A stretch of DNA of 64,000 nucleotides from Eubacteriales bacterium (GTDB lineage Bacteria; Bacillota; Clostridia; Oscillospirales; CAG-272): assembly GCA_045660185.1 (NCBI GenBank), contig JAZRDI010000101.1, positions 17,723 to 81,722 on the forward strand. Direction: 5' to 3'. A program made the position numbers and the translations under genes. This document shows, piece after piece, positions 36,830-46,332 of the stretch; position 1 is the stretch's first letter, and the number at the start of each line of letters is the position of its first letter. The notes beneath the pieces were generated by a model that searched no databases, had not been told where the DNA came from, and worked only from the letters and a program-made list of their open reading frames with translations.

Positions 36830-37928
36830 CGGATAACGCTCCTTTGAGATAATTTAGAGAATTATTACGCTTTTCACCGACTATTACATTAACTTTATTG
36901 AAGTCGATATGTTTGTTTGAAATCGTATTCAATTCAGAAAAATCATCGAGCACACGATCTTCTAAACCGTATTCCTTCATTAGCCATAAGAGTTTGTTTC
37001 TATTTGTGGCTTTTAGTTTTACAAACATCGCGGAATTGGTTACTATAGAAAGCACCGCACCATGGAATGTGTCTGTTATCACTTCTTCGGCGCCCACGAA
37101 CCAATCAAATATATCGAGAGGGTCAACGTTGATATTTTTGTCGCACCATTTATGATAGAAACCAACGCTATATAATTTCAATCCTTTTGCTTTGGCGTAA
37201 GCTCTAATCTTTTCCACATTCTCGCTTTCGTTCATTGTGTTGTCATAGGAATAAACAAGAATATATTTTTCTTTAGTTTCTTTTTTGCTTTCTCTCGCGA
37301 AATTTATTTGATCGACATAGCCATACAGAAGAACAGGGTCGCAAACAATAGGAACATCTCTATCGGTGAAGTGTTTTACGATAGACTGTGAGTTTTTGTC
37401 TCTAACAGAACAATTTGAAATGTGAGTTAAGCCAGCTTCAACGAATTCTTCTGCATACATATCACTGATAAACTCTTTCGTTGTTGAACCAAAACTCGCT
37501 GCGTATGATATAACTTTTTTGCAGGGAATACCCATTCCATAAAACCACGGATTAAGCCCTGGCTCTATACTGAATATCTCGTCACTTCCAATTACCACAA
37601 GCTCTAAGTCTTTAGCGTGTGAATAATATTCTCCAATCAAATTTTGATTGGAACGGAAGTTTTTTAAGATGGAACGCTTTTTCATGTTGTATATTGTTCT
37701 GCCGATACCTTTTTGAATAAGATACTTAAAATAAGTTGGAATTGAAGCTAACGTGATGTTGTATTTTTTTGAGGCGTTTTCTGCCATAAAGTCATAATTT
37801 TTTCGGTATCTTAAAGCTTTAGCTTCGTATCCGAGTTCGCCGAGTACTTTTGAAAGAGCATACATTTGTAGTTGAGCTCCGTGATTGTGTACATCATAAT
37901 GAGTTATGATACCGGTCTTCTTTTGCAT
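36822..37928 (-). CDS. polysaccharide pyruvyl transferase family protein
   Basis: 368 aa. N-terminus GIITHYDVHNHGAQLQ and the C-terminal TDTFHG motif of the pyruvyl transferase family. 8-nt overlap with the downstream Fe-S gene. Confidence 0.7.
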   Translation of the reverse strand: MQKKTGIITHYDVHNHGAQLQMYALSKVLGELGYEAKALRYRKNYDFMAENASKKYNITLASIPTYFKYLIQKGIGRTIYNMKKRSILKNFRSNQNLIGEYYSHAKDLELVVIGSDEIFSIEPGLNPWFYGMGIPCKKVISYAASFGSTTKEFISDMYAEEFVEAGLTHISNCSVRDKNSQSIVKHFTDRDVPIVCDPVLLYGYVDQINFARESKKETKEKYILVYSYDNTMNESENVEKIRAYAKAKGLKLYSVGFYHKWCDKNINVDPLDIFDWFVGAEEVITDTFHGAVLSIVTNSAMFVKLKATNRNKLLWLMKEYGLEDRVLDDFSELNTISNKHIDFNKVNVIVGEKRNNSLNYLKGALSDD

Positions 37929-37929
37929 T

Positions 37930-38796
37930 TTACACCTCTTGCGCGATCTTTTTTGTAGTTTTGTTTTCTTCAGAATGATGATTTTTTCTTAGAAATTTTT
38001 TGTATGCCCATTCACGCATTTTGCTTGGCATCAAAACGTATCCGCAAAATCTTACAATACACGTCTTTGCGTACTGTCCTATGCCGATAACACGATTTTT
38101 CTTCATATACTTGAGAAGCTTCGCGCAGCTGCGATAGTATTTCATACCGCCTCGTCTGTTTGCCATATTGGAGATTCTAACGTTTACTAAAACTGAGTTT
38201 ATGTTTGCAAACACGGCATTGCTAAGATACATTTTTACCCACAAGTACCAGTCTTCAAATAAGTAAAAGCTTTCGTACGAATTAACCTTTTCCAAAGCAC
38301 TTTTTTTGAACATAACGGTGACGTGATTAAAGGGCGATCTGTTTTTAAGATACCTTGCTATGTCCTCGTGCTTTTGCGGAACTATTCTGTAATCCACGAT
38401 TTCCTCGGGAGCGTTAACGAACTCCGATATATTACCGCCTACGATATCGACCTCGGGATTGTTTGCCATAAATTCAAGCTGCTGCTCAAATCTATTTGGA
38501 ACGGATATATCATCGGTATCCATTCTTCCAACCAATTCGTTTCTGCAATACGTGAGTCCGTAACGCAAAGCATTTCCGAGACCGCCGTTTTGTTCAAGTG
38601 GCAAATATGTAAACAAGCTTGGGTAATCATCAACGTACTTGTCGATTGCGTTTTGCAATTCTTCGTAAACGAGTCCGTCGCGCACTAACACTATTTGCTC
38701 CGGCATAACGGTTTGATTAAGCAAGCTGTCAATAGCTTGAATGAAAAAGTCAACTTTTTCGTTTTTATAAACGCTCAATAAAACAGAATAGTTCAT
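37930..38796 (-). CDS. glycosyltransferase family 2
   Basis: 288 aa. YSVLLSVYKNE start and the DTDD (DxD) motif. Confidence 0.85.
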   Translation of the reverse strand: MNYSVLLSVYKNEKVDFFIQAIDSLLNQTVMPEQIVLVRDGLVYEELQNAIDKYVDDYPSLFTYLPLEQNGGLGNALRYGLTYCRNELVGRMDTDDISVPNRFEQQLEFMANNPEVDIVGGNISEFVNAPEEIVDYRIVPQKHEDIARYLKNRSPFNHVTVMFKKSALEKVNSYESFYLFEDWYLWVKMYLSNAVFANINSVLVNVRISNMANRRGGMKYYRSCAKLLKYMKKNRVIGIGQYAKTCIVRFCGYVLMPSKMREWAYKKFLRKNHHSEENKTTKKIAQEV

Positions 38797-38806
38797 TTTT
38801 TACCTC

Positions 38807-39634
38807 TTACTTCTTGATGTTATCGCGATTTCCGTCGCGCTTTAAAACAACGGAAACGGTCTTGAATATCAACTTTATGTCAAATAATAACGACGCCTTT
38901 TTTACGTAGATAGCGTCAAGTATCGCTTTGTTTTTATAGTATACGTCATCTCTGCCGACAACCTGAGCGTAACCCGAGATGCCGGGGCGAAGTTCAAATA
39001 CTCCTAGCTTGTCCCTCATAGCATTGCATTTTTCTTCGGTAAGAACGAGCGGTCTGTATCCGATGAAGCTCATTTTTCCGGTGAAAACGCACCAGAGCTG
39101 AGGGAGCTCGTCAAGCGAAAGCTTGCGTATGAATTTTCCGATTTTTGTATAGTATTGCTCGGGATTTTCAAGCAGAGAAGTCGCGCAGTCGCGAGGCGTA
39201 TCGATCTTCATCGAACGGAACTTAAGGCAATTGAACGGCTTGTATCCCTTACCCATACGTTTTTGCTTGAAGATAATCGGTCCCTTCGATTCGCATTTGA
39301 TTGCAATCGCGAGAACGAGAAAAACAGGTGAGAGAAGAAGAAGCATGATTCCTGATGCAAAAATATCGAACGCGCGCTTAACAAATCGATAAAAATAGCG
39401 CTTCTTTGTATTTTGCTCGAAGCTTTCGATATAGTCCGCGTAGCATTCGTTGGGGAACTCCTTAATGTAATCAAAGTTACCTTCAAAGACCTTTCTTGTC
39501 AAATCTTCTCTGTCAGATTCGTCTGTGACGAATGATATTTCTGTTTTTTCCGTATCAGCCGTTTGATTTTCGGTTGCTTTTTCCTCTGTGTCTGTGTTAA
39601 GCTCCGTAACCTGTTCTTTAATCAAAGTATCCAT
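38807..39634 (-). CDS. undecaprenyl-phosphate sugar phosphotransferase (priming 'bacterial sugar transferase')
   Basis: 275 aa. Acidic N-terminal extension, one re-entrant/TM helix, and the motif DELPQLWCVFTGKMSFIGYRP. Confidence 0.85.
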   Translation of the reverse strand: MDTLIKEQVTELNTDTEEKATENQTADTEKTEISFVTDESDREDLTRKVFEGNFDYIKEFPNECYADYIESFEQNTKKRYFYRFVKRAFDIFASGIMLLLLSPVFLVLAIAIKCESKGPIIFKQKRMGKGYKPFNCLKFRSMKIDTPRDCATSLLENPEQYYTKIGKFIRKLSLDELPQLWCVFTGKMSFIGYRPLVLTEEKCNAMRDKLGVFELRPGISGYAQVVGRDDVYYKNKAILDAIYVKKASLLFDIKLIFKTVSVVLKRDGNRDNIKK

Positions 39635-39685
39635 ATATGTACTGTCCTCTTATAAATTTTGTCGAAAAATTGCAATTCTCTAACT

Positions 39686-39714
39686 ATTATATCACACGCG
39701 CAAAGGAAATGCAA
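39686..39714 (-). promoter_or_regulatory. sigma-A-type promoter for the polysaccharide operon
   Basis: On the minus strand: TTGCAT (39714-39709), 17-nt spacer, TGtGaTATAAT (-10 hexamer at 39691-39686). Confidence 0.6.
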
Positions 39715-39830
39715 GTAAAATAATAAATAATTATATATTTGTATATTGCAACCAAAAGAAATTGTACAAATTGACAACTTAAACACGAAAAAAGAGGTGA
39801 AAACGAGGAAAAAATATTTTTTCGTCTGCA

Positions 39831-39859
39831 TTGACATTTCTCTAAATATAGGATACAAT
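39831..39859 (+). promoter_or_regulatory. sigma-A-type promoter for the mazG-like gene
   Basis: TTGACA (39831-39836), 17-nt spacer, TACAAT (39854-39859). Confidence 0.55.
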
Positions 39860-39963
39860 ATATGAGTGCCTATTTTGAAAAGCAGAGATTTATCGGCGCG
39901 ATAAAACGTTTTTACCTATGAAATGGCGGAGACGGTTTGGAGTTTGCCGAGAGGGAGGATATT

Positions 39964-40299
39964 ATGACTATAAACGAATACCAAAAGCTTGCTATGGCAA
40001 CGCTCAACCCCGCGCTTTCCGAGAAAGACGTTCTCATCAACGGAGTTATGGGGCTTTGCGGAGAAAGTGGCGAAGCGATAGATATAGTAAAAAAATGGCT
40101 TGCCCAAGGTCACGAGCTTGATCGCGAGCATCTTGTGAAAGAACTCGGAGATATAGCTTGGTATATCGCTGAAATTGCACACGTGCTTGGGGTAACGCTC
40201 GAAGAAGTGCTTGCGAAAAACATCGAAAAGCTTAAAGCAAGATACCCCGACGGCTTCAAAACGGAGTCTTCTCTCAAAAGAAGCGAAAACGACGTTTAG
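39964..40299 (+). CDS. MazG-like nucleotide pyrophosphohydrolase
   Basis: The ATG at 39964 follows a GGGAGG RBS (the ORF track starts earlier, at 39937). EYQ...GLCGESGE...ELGDIAWY is the MazG/all-alpha NTP-PPase signature. Confidence 0.8.
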   Translation: MTINEYQKLAMATLNPALSEKDVLINGVMGLCGESGEAIDIVKKWLAQGHELDREHLVKELGDIAWYIAEIAHVLGVTLEEVLAKNIEKLKARYPDGFKTESSLKRSENDV

Positions 40300-40348
40300 T
40301 TGACACGTACCCACACTAAAAGCACAAAAGAAAGGAAAAACACCACCA

Positions 40349-41215
40349 ATGCCTGCATTAGAGCAAAAGCAATCGGGACTCTTTTCGGGATCTACTCTAA
40401 AGCTCATAGCGTGTATAGCTATGTTCGTTGATCATTTCGGACTCGTTGTGTTCCCGCAAAAGATGATATTCCGCATGATAGGCAGACTTGCATTTCCGCT
40501 TTTTGCCTACTTTATAGCCGAAGGCTGCAAATATACGAGAAATAAGCTGAAGCATTTTCTCCTTATATTTTCCGTAGGTATAATATATTTTTTCTTTTAC
40601 CTCGTAGCCTACGATCAGGTTTACCCGAGTATATTCTTGACGTTCTCGTTTTCGATTCTTAACGTTTATCTAATTGATGCACTTAAGCAGTATGCATTTT
40701 TGAAAAATGCGAATGTCGAGAATAAGAACGTAAACAAAACCGTTTTTCAAAAAGAAAATAGCAGAGAAGGCCTGCCCCGTGTCAACAAAACGCGTGTTTT
40801 GGTCTCTGTAATAATAGCGCTTGCGGCATTAGCTGTGAGCTATATCCCGTTCGCTTTTGTAACCTTCGATTACGGATACATAGGAATGCTTGCACCTGTT
40901 TTGATGAGCCTCTTTGATTTTAGTAAAATAAGCGTATCGGATAAAATCAAAAAGCTTGATTGCAAAGCCTCTCGCCTTGCCGTTTTAGCCGTAATATGCG
41001 TAGCTCTTGCTATTAGAAATCCCGCTTTAAAAACCGAGTTTTTCGGCTATAGGTTTACTATCCAAGTTTGTAACCTCTTCTCCTTGCCGCTTCTCGCTCT
41101 TTATAACGGCAAGGTAGGAACTAAAAAGCTTAAGTACTTCTTCTACGCGTTTTATCCTCTGCACCTTGGAGTTATTATGGCGATTAAAACGATTATAGAT
41201 GTACTTTCGGCGTAA
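40349..41215 (+). CDS. traX: TraX family membrane protein
   Basis: 288-aa polytopic protein with the TraX-type N-terminus (TLKLIACIAMFVDHFG). Confidence 0.6.
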   Translation: MPALEQKQSGLFSGSTLKLIACIAMFVDHFGLVVFPQKMIFRMIGRLAFPLFAYFIAEGCKYTRNKLKHFLLIFSVGIIYFFFYLVAYDQVYPSIFLTFSFSILNVYLIDALKQYAFLKNANVENKNVNKTVFQKENSREGLPRVNKTRVLVSVIIALAALAVSYIPFAFVTFDYGYIGMLAPVLMSLFDFSKISVSDKIKKLDCKASRLAVLAVICVALAIRNPALKTEFFGYRFTIQVCNLFSLPLLALYNGKVGTKKLKYFFYAFYPLHLGVIMAIKTIIDVLSA

Positions 41216-41300
41216 CTGATCCAACATAAATGACAATAAATGCAAACTGTTATTTGCATTTTGGGACAAAATTTGTATTTGTAAAGATAATGAGGTTTAT

Positions 41301-42050
41301 ATGATACACTCTATTCTTATAATCGGACAATCGAATATGGCAGGCAGAGGGAGGCTTTCGGACACAACGCCAATCTCCGATTCTCGCATCAAGGTATTGC
41401 GAAACGGAAGATGGCAGAAGATGTATCATCCTGTGAATCCCGATAGACCGTTTTCCGGCGTTTGCCTTGCAGAGAGCTTTGCGAAACGCTATATTGACGA
41501 TCACGATGCCGATCTTGGCATCATACCGTGCGCCGATGGTGGTACAAGCCTTTTGCAATGGCGCGAGGGCGGACTGCTTTACGATCACGCGGTAATGCAG
41601 GCAAAGCTTGCCGAAAGAACTTCAACGATAGTCGCGGTGCTTTGGCATCAAGGCGAGGCGGATTGCGCCCCCCATCTTGCAGAGCAATATTACGAAAAAG
41701 CAACCGCGATATTTACAGCCTTGCGCCGAGATCTCGACCTCGGTGACGTTCCATTCATAATAGGCGGTCTTGGAGATTTTCTCGCGAAGAACGAGTCGGT
41801 CAATCTCCAAAATTACCGCGCGGTCAACGAAAAGCTTATGAAGATTGCTTGCGATAACGAGCTTATTGGCTACGCTTCGGCAGAAGGGCTTTCCGATAAC
41901 GGCGATCTTCTGCATTTCAGCGCGCCGTCTCTGCGTGAGCTCGGCGAAAGATACTACGAGGAATTTTTGAAGCTTGAAAAACGCGATAGAGTCTTCGCAG
42001 AAAAGGTATCGCCCGATGATGCCGTAAGAACCGCGATGGAAGATCTTTGA
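41301..42050 (+). CDS. sialate O-acetylesterase-like SGNH carbohydrate esterase
   Basis: 249 aa with GQSNMAGRG, WHQGEAD and LHFS motifs. Confidence 0.75.
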   Translation: MIHSILIIGQSNMAGRGRLSDTTPISDSRIKVLRNGRWQKMYHPVNPDRPFSGVCLAESFAKRYIDDHDADLGIIPCADGGTSLLQWREGGLLYDHAVMQAKLAERTSTIVAVLWHQGEADCAPHLAEQYYEKATAIFTALRRDLDLGDVPFIIGGLGDFLAKNESVNLQNYRAVNEKLMKIACDNELIGYASAEGLSDNGDLLHFSAPSLRELGERYYEEFLKLEKRDRVFAEKVSPDDAVRTAMEDL

Positions 42051-42108
42051 TTTTTCCGTCACATCGGTTAAGTACGTTTAATATCTTTAGTAGAATTAAG
42101 GAAGAAAT

Positions 42109-42819
42109 ATGAGAATTGATAAATTTATTTCCGAGCTTGGCATAGCTTCACGAAAGGAAGCCTCAAAAATAGCGAGAGCGGGCGGTGTTGCGGTAAACGG
42201 CATTGCCGTCAAGGATCTCTCGGCGCACATTGACCCGGAGCGCGATAGCGTTATCTTCCAGGGCAGAGAGCTTTCGTACAAAAAATACGTTTACGTTATG
42301 CTTAACAAGCCTGAGGGCTACGTAAGCGCAACCGAGGATTCAAAGCTTCCGGTAGTCACCGAGCTTCTCCCCGAAGAGCTTCAAGCGCGTGGACTTTTCC
42401 CGGTTGGCAGACTTGATAAGGACACTCTGGGGCTTATGATACTTACAAACAACGGCTCGCTTGCGCACACTGTGCTTTCGCCGAAGCGTCACGTCGAGAA
42501 GAAGTACTACTTCGAATCTGCGGAGGCACTTCCGGAAGGCGCAGAAGAAAAGTTTAGAAGCGGTATTACGCTAAAAGACGGCTACGAGTGCAAGAGTGCC
42601 GAAATTGAGCTTGAAGACGGCAGGAAAAGCGGAATAATAACTCTCACAGAGGGAAAATACCACCAAATCAAGCGTATGATTGCTTCGTTTGGGAACGCGG
42701 TGACCTACCTTGAAAGAATCAGCTTTGCCACCATTCCTCTTGACAAAGCGCTTGAAAGAGGAGAATGGCGTTATCTTAATACCGAAGAGGAAGCGCTGTT
42801 ATTATCCTTTGCAAAATAA
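42109..42819 (+). CDS. rsuA: RsuA/RluB-family pseudouridine synthase
   Basis: 236 aa. N-terminal S4 domain (MRIDKFISELGIASRKEA) and catalytic GRLDKDTLGL. Confidence 0.9.
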   Translation: MRIDKFISELGIASRKEASKIARAGGVAVNGIAVKDLSAHIDPERDSVIFQGRELSYKKYVYVMLNKPEGYVSATEDSKLPVVTELLPEELQARGLFPVGRLDKDTLGLMILTNNGSLAHTVLSPKRHVEKKYYFESAEALPEGAEEKFRSGITLKDGYECKSAEIELEDGRKSGIITLTEGKYHQIKRMIASFGNAVTYLERISFATIPLDKALERGEWRYLNTEEEALLLSFAK

Positions 42820-42958
42820 CTCAAATGTAAAAAATCGTCGAAAACTACTTTACAAACGCGCAATAATGTGATAGAATATTCGTCGGTGAAAAAAACGGAA
42901 ACGTTTTAAATTCACCTGTATCGTAAAATTTGTACCCACTCGGAAAGGAATACCAAAA

Positions 42959-45139
42959 ATGGAAATTAACAAAATACTGGCGCAGGAATTTGGAATAACA
43001 GAGGAGCAGGTAGCTAATACCGTCGCGCTCATTGACGAGGGAAATACGATCCCCTTCATTTCTCGTTACCGTAAGGAAGTAACGGGCAGTCTTGACGATA
43101 GCGTGCTTCGTGATCTCTTTGATCGTTTGACGTATCTTCGTAAGCTTGACGAGCGTCGTGAAGAGGTTAGAGGACTTATCGCAGCACAGGAAAAGCTCAC
43201 TCCCGAAATTGAATTTGCGCTTAACAATGCAAAAACTCTCGTAGAAATCGAGGATATCTATCGTCCCTTCAAGCCGAAGCGTACGACAAGAGCATCTATT
43301 GCAAGAGCAAAAGGACTCGAGCCTCTTGCGAATTACATTATGGAGCAGAAGGATGCTTACGATCCCGAGATCGCAGTTTATGCAGAAGAGTTCATCTCCG
43401 AGGAAGAGGGCAAGGAAGTTCCCGACGTTGCTGCAGCGCTTCAGGGCGCGTCCGATATTATTGCAGAGGACGTTTCCAACAATGCAGAAATAAGAAAGCT
43501 TCTTCGTGAATTCACTATGGGCTACGGCTCTATTACCACGAAGGCAGCAAAGGAAGAGCCTTCCGTTTACGAAAATTATTATGATTTCTCCGAGCCTATC
43601 AAAAAGCTCAAAGGACATAGAGTACTTGCAATCAACCGCGGCGAGAAGGAAGAATTTCTTAAGGTTGCGGTAACGCTCCCCGAGGAAGACGGAATCGCGC
43701 AGCTTGTATCAAAGGTTGTTACAAATATGCAGTCTCCCGCGCTTCCTTACATTATGGCAACTCTTAAAGATGCGTATGACCGTCTTTTGTTCCCCGCTAT
43801 TGAAAGAGAAGTAAGAACTTCGCTCTTCGATGATGCATCAGAGGGCGCTATTAAGGTCTTCTCCGAAAATCTTCGTAATCTTCTTTTGGTATCTCCCATC
43901 AAGGGCAAAATCGTTCTTGGTTACGACCCCGGTTATGCTCACGGCTGTAAGCTTGCAGTAGTAGACGCTACCGGTAAGGTTCTTGATACCGCAGTTATAT
44001 ATCCCGTTAAACCCAGAGAGGACGTTGAGCGTTCAAAGGCGACCGTTCTCCGTCTTATTACAAGACACAACGTAGATGTTGTAGCAATTGGTAACGGAAC
44101 TGCTTCCCGCGAATCCGAGAAGTTTATCGCGGATACTATCCGTGATCCCCAGTGTCCCAAGGGCGTTAAGTACACCATTGTTTCCGAGGCAGGAGCTTCG
44201 GTTTATTCCGCATCAAAGGTAGCAACCGAGGAGTTCCCGGACTTCGACGTTATGCAGAGAAGTGCAATTTCCATTGCAAGACGTCTTCAGGATCCTCTTG
44301 CAGAGCTTGTTAAGATTGAGCCCAAGGCAATCGGTGTTGGTCAGTATCAGCACGATATGAAGCAGGCAAGACTTACCGAGGCACTCGGCGGCGTAGTAGA
44401 GGATTGCGTTAACGCGGTAGGAGTTGACATCAACACTGCTTCCTATTCGCTTCTTTCCTACGTTTCCGGTATCAATACCACAGCTGCTAAAAATATAGTT
44501 GCATATAGAGAAGCAAACGGTGAATTTAAGAACCGTAAGCAGATTCTTAAAGTTCCGAAGATTGGCGATAAGGCATTCACCCAGTGCGCAGGTTTCCTTC
44601 GTATTCCCGGCGCGCAGGACGTGTTTGACTCTACCGGAGTTCACCCCGAGTCATACGCTATCGCAGAAGAACTTCTTCACAGATTCGGTTTCACCCCCGA
44701 GGACGTGCGTAATAATAACCTTCAGCTTCTTAAGTTTAAGACCACAGAGTACGGTATCGCAAAGCTTGCTAAAGAGCTTGGATGCGGCGAGCCTACCCTT
44801 GAGGATATAATCAACGAGCTTGAAAAGCCCGGCAGAGATATTCGTGACGACGCTCCCGCGCCCGTTCTTTCAACAGATGTTCTCGATATTACCGACCTTA
44901 AGCCCGAAATGCAGCTTAAGGGAACAGTTCGTAACGTTGTTGACTTTGGATGCTTCGTAGATATCGGAGTTCATCACGATGGACTTCTTCACATTTCCGA
45001 AATGTCCGATAAGTTCATCAAGCACCCCTCCGAGCTCTTCAAAACCGGTGACGTAATTGAAGTAAGAATCAAGGACGTTAACGTTGAAAAGCACAGAATT
45101 TCTCTTACTCGCAAAGGAATGAATACAAGTAATTCGTAA
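42959..45139 (+). CDS. tex: Tex-like transcription accessory protein with a C-terminal S1 domain
   Basis: 726 aa. N-terminal IPFISRYRKE motif, a YqgF/RuvX-like centre, HhH repeats, and a C-terminal S1 domain (GTVRNVVDFGCFVDIG). Confidence 0.9.
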   Translation: MEINKILAQEFGITEEQVANTVALIDEGNTIPFISRYRKEVTGSLDDSVLRDLFDRLTYLRKLDERREEVRGLIAAQEKLTPEIEFALNNAKTLVEIEDIYRPFKPKRTTRASIARAKGLEPLANYIMEQKDAYDPEIAVYAEEFISEEEGKEVPDVAAALQGASDIIAEDVSNNAEIRKLLREFTMGYGSITTKAAKEEPSVYENYYDFSEPIKKLKGHRVLAINRGEKEEFLKVAVTLPEEDGIAQLVSKVVTNMQSPALPYIMATLKDAYDRLLFPAIEREVRTSLFDDASEGAIKVFSENLRNLLLVSPIKGKIVLGYDPGYAHGCKLAVVDATGKVLDTAVIYPVKPREDVERSKATVLRLITRHNVDVVAIGNGTASRESEKFIADTIRDPQCPKGVKYTIVSEAGASVYSASKVATEEFPDFDVMQRSAISIARRLQDPLAELVKIEPKAIGVGQYQHDMKQARLTEALGGVVEDCVNAVGVDINTASYSLLSYVSGINTTAAKNIVAYREANGEFKNRKQILKVPKIGDKAFTQCAGFLRIPGAQDVFDSTGVHPESYAIAEELLHRFGFTPEDVRNNNLQLLKFKTTEYGIAKLAKELGCGEPTLEDIINELEKPGRDIRDDAPAPVLSTDVLDITDLKPEMQLKGTVRNVVDFGCFVDIGVHHDGLLHISEMSDKFIKHPSELFKTGDVIEVRIKDVNVEKHRISLTRKGMNTSNS

Positions 45140-45235
45140 TTTGTTGTTTCTTTTTTCGGCATACGTTGTCGTGTTTTGGAAACAAAAAAACGATCAACAG
45201 AATAAAAAAGACAACTTAAGTTTACAAATAAGACA

Positions 45236-45294
45236 AAAATCACAATCCAAAGCTTTGAATTGCGTAGCTACGGATTGTGATTTTTTTGTTTTTT
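45236..45294 (+). terminator. rho-independent terminator of tex
   Basis: AAAAATCACAATCC (45236-45249) pairs with GGATTGTGATTTTT (45272-45285), followed by a long T-run. Confidence 0.8.
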
Positions 45295-45394
45295 CGGACG
45301 AATGAAGAGAAAAAAACGGGCAGACTTGAGAAAAAATGTTAAGTACGTATGAAAAATAAATGAAAAAATAATAAAGAAATCTTTAAAAAAATTA

Positions 45395-45423
45395 TTGACA
45401 AACGGATTTTGTGGTGCTATAAT
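45395..45423 (+). promoter_or_regulatory. consensus sigma-A promoter of the SipW/TasA-like locus
   Basis: TTGACA (45395-45400), 17-nt spacer, TGcTATAAT extended -10 (45415-45423). Confidence 0.7.
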
Positions 45424-45516
45424 CATTTTTATAATCAGCGCGCATAATTATAACGTGCGTGCGGATTAGGCGCAGTACTTATTTATTTAAATCAAAAAAC
45501 ACAAAGGAGAAATGCT

Positions 45517-46332
45517 ATGGAAATTATGCTTCAAACGGTAATTATCGTCTTTATGTTGTTTCTTTGCTCGCTTTGTCTCTTTGCGGTATTGGTTATTGCA
45601 AGAGATATGATTGCAGAGAGTATGGCAAAGCGCAAAAATGATTTTGCACCGGAAGCACCCACTCCCGCTAAGGAGCAAATCATAAAGGAGGTAACCGTAA
45701 TCAAAGAGGTTCCCGTAAAGAGCGAAACCGTTGTTATAGAGCCGTCTGCACCTGAGGCTGCACCGGTGATTGAGGAGGAAAAGCCCGAGCCAATGCCCGA
45801 GCCCGAACCCGAGGTTGTTGCGGAATTTGTTGTTGAAGAAGAACCCGTTCTTTCACCGGACGATCCCAACGCGGTAAAATTCTCAACGAATCAGCTTACA
45901 ATGGAAGAGAAATATTCTATGCTCTCTACTGAACACAAAGGATATTTTGATGCAATTGCAAAGCACGCTATGAGCAAAGAAGGAACTAAAGTTAATATGT
46001 CAAAGAACTACTACGATTATAAGGTAGGTTTGACAAGACTTGTCCGAATGAGTATCAAGCGCGGAGAAATCATTTGCGAGTTTATATTCATTGATAGAGA
46101 TTTCAAAAATTACGCAAGCCAAGCAGATCTTAAGATAAAATCTACAGGTTCAACGATAAAGATTACTGAGCCCGCAGCGGTCGGCGTGGCAAAGGATGGT
46201 ATTGACTTAGTATTTACGCAGATGGAAGAGGAAAGAGAATATAAGAAGCAGCAGGCTCGTGAAAAGCGCCGTGCCAAGAGATTGGCAGAAAACGCTGAAA
46301 CTATTGAAAAGAAAGAGACTGTGAATGTCTGA
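45517..46332 (+). CDS. membrane-anchored accessory protein in the TapA position, unknown family
   Basis: 271 aa. N-terminal TM helix, a Pro/Glu/Val-rich linker (PEPMPEPEPEVV), a globular domain and a basic coiled tail. The stop overlaps the sipW-like start by 8 nt. Confidence 0.6.
   Translation: MEIMLQTVIIVFMLFLCSLCLFAVLVIARDMIAESMAKRKNDFAPEAPTPAKEQIIKEVTVIKEVPVKSETVVIEPSAPEAAPVIEEEKPEPMPEPEPEVVAEFVVEEEPVLSPDDPNAVKFSTNQLTMEEKYSMLSTEHKGYFDAIAKHAMSKEGTKVNMSKNYYDYKVGLTRLVRMSIKRGEIICEFIFIDRDFKNYASQADLKIKSTGSTIKITEPAAVGVAKDGIDLVFTQMEEEREYKKQQAREKRRAKRLAENAETIEKKETVNV

Noticed and set aside
30840-38000. The AT-rich block as a prophage or mobile element.
   Set aside because: The gene content is entirely polysaccharide biosynthesis. 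No integrase, transposase, att-like direct repeats or tRNA target were seen. It is better explained as a serotype cassette within the locus.
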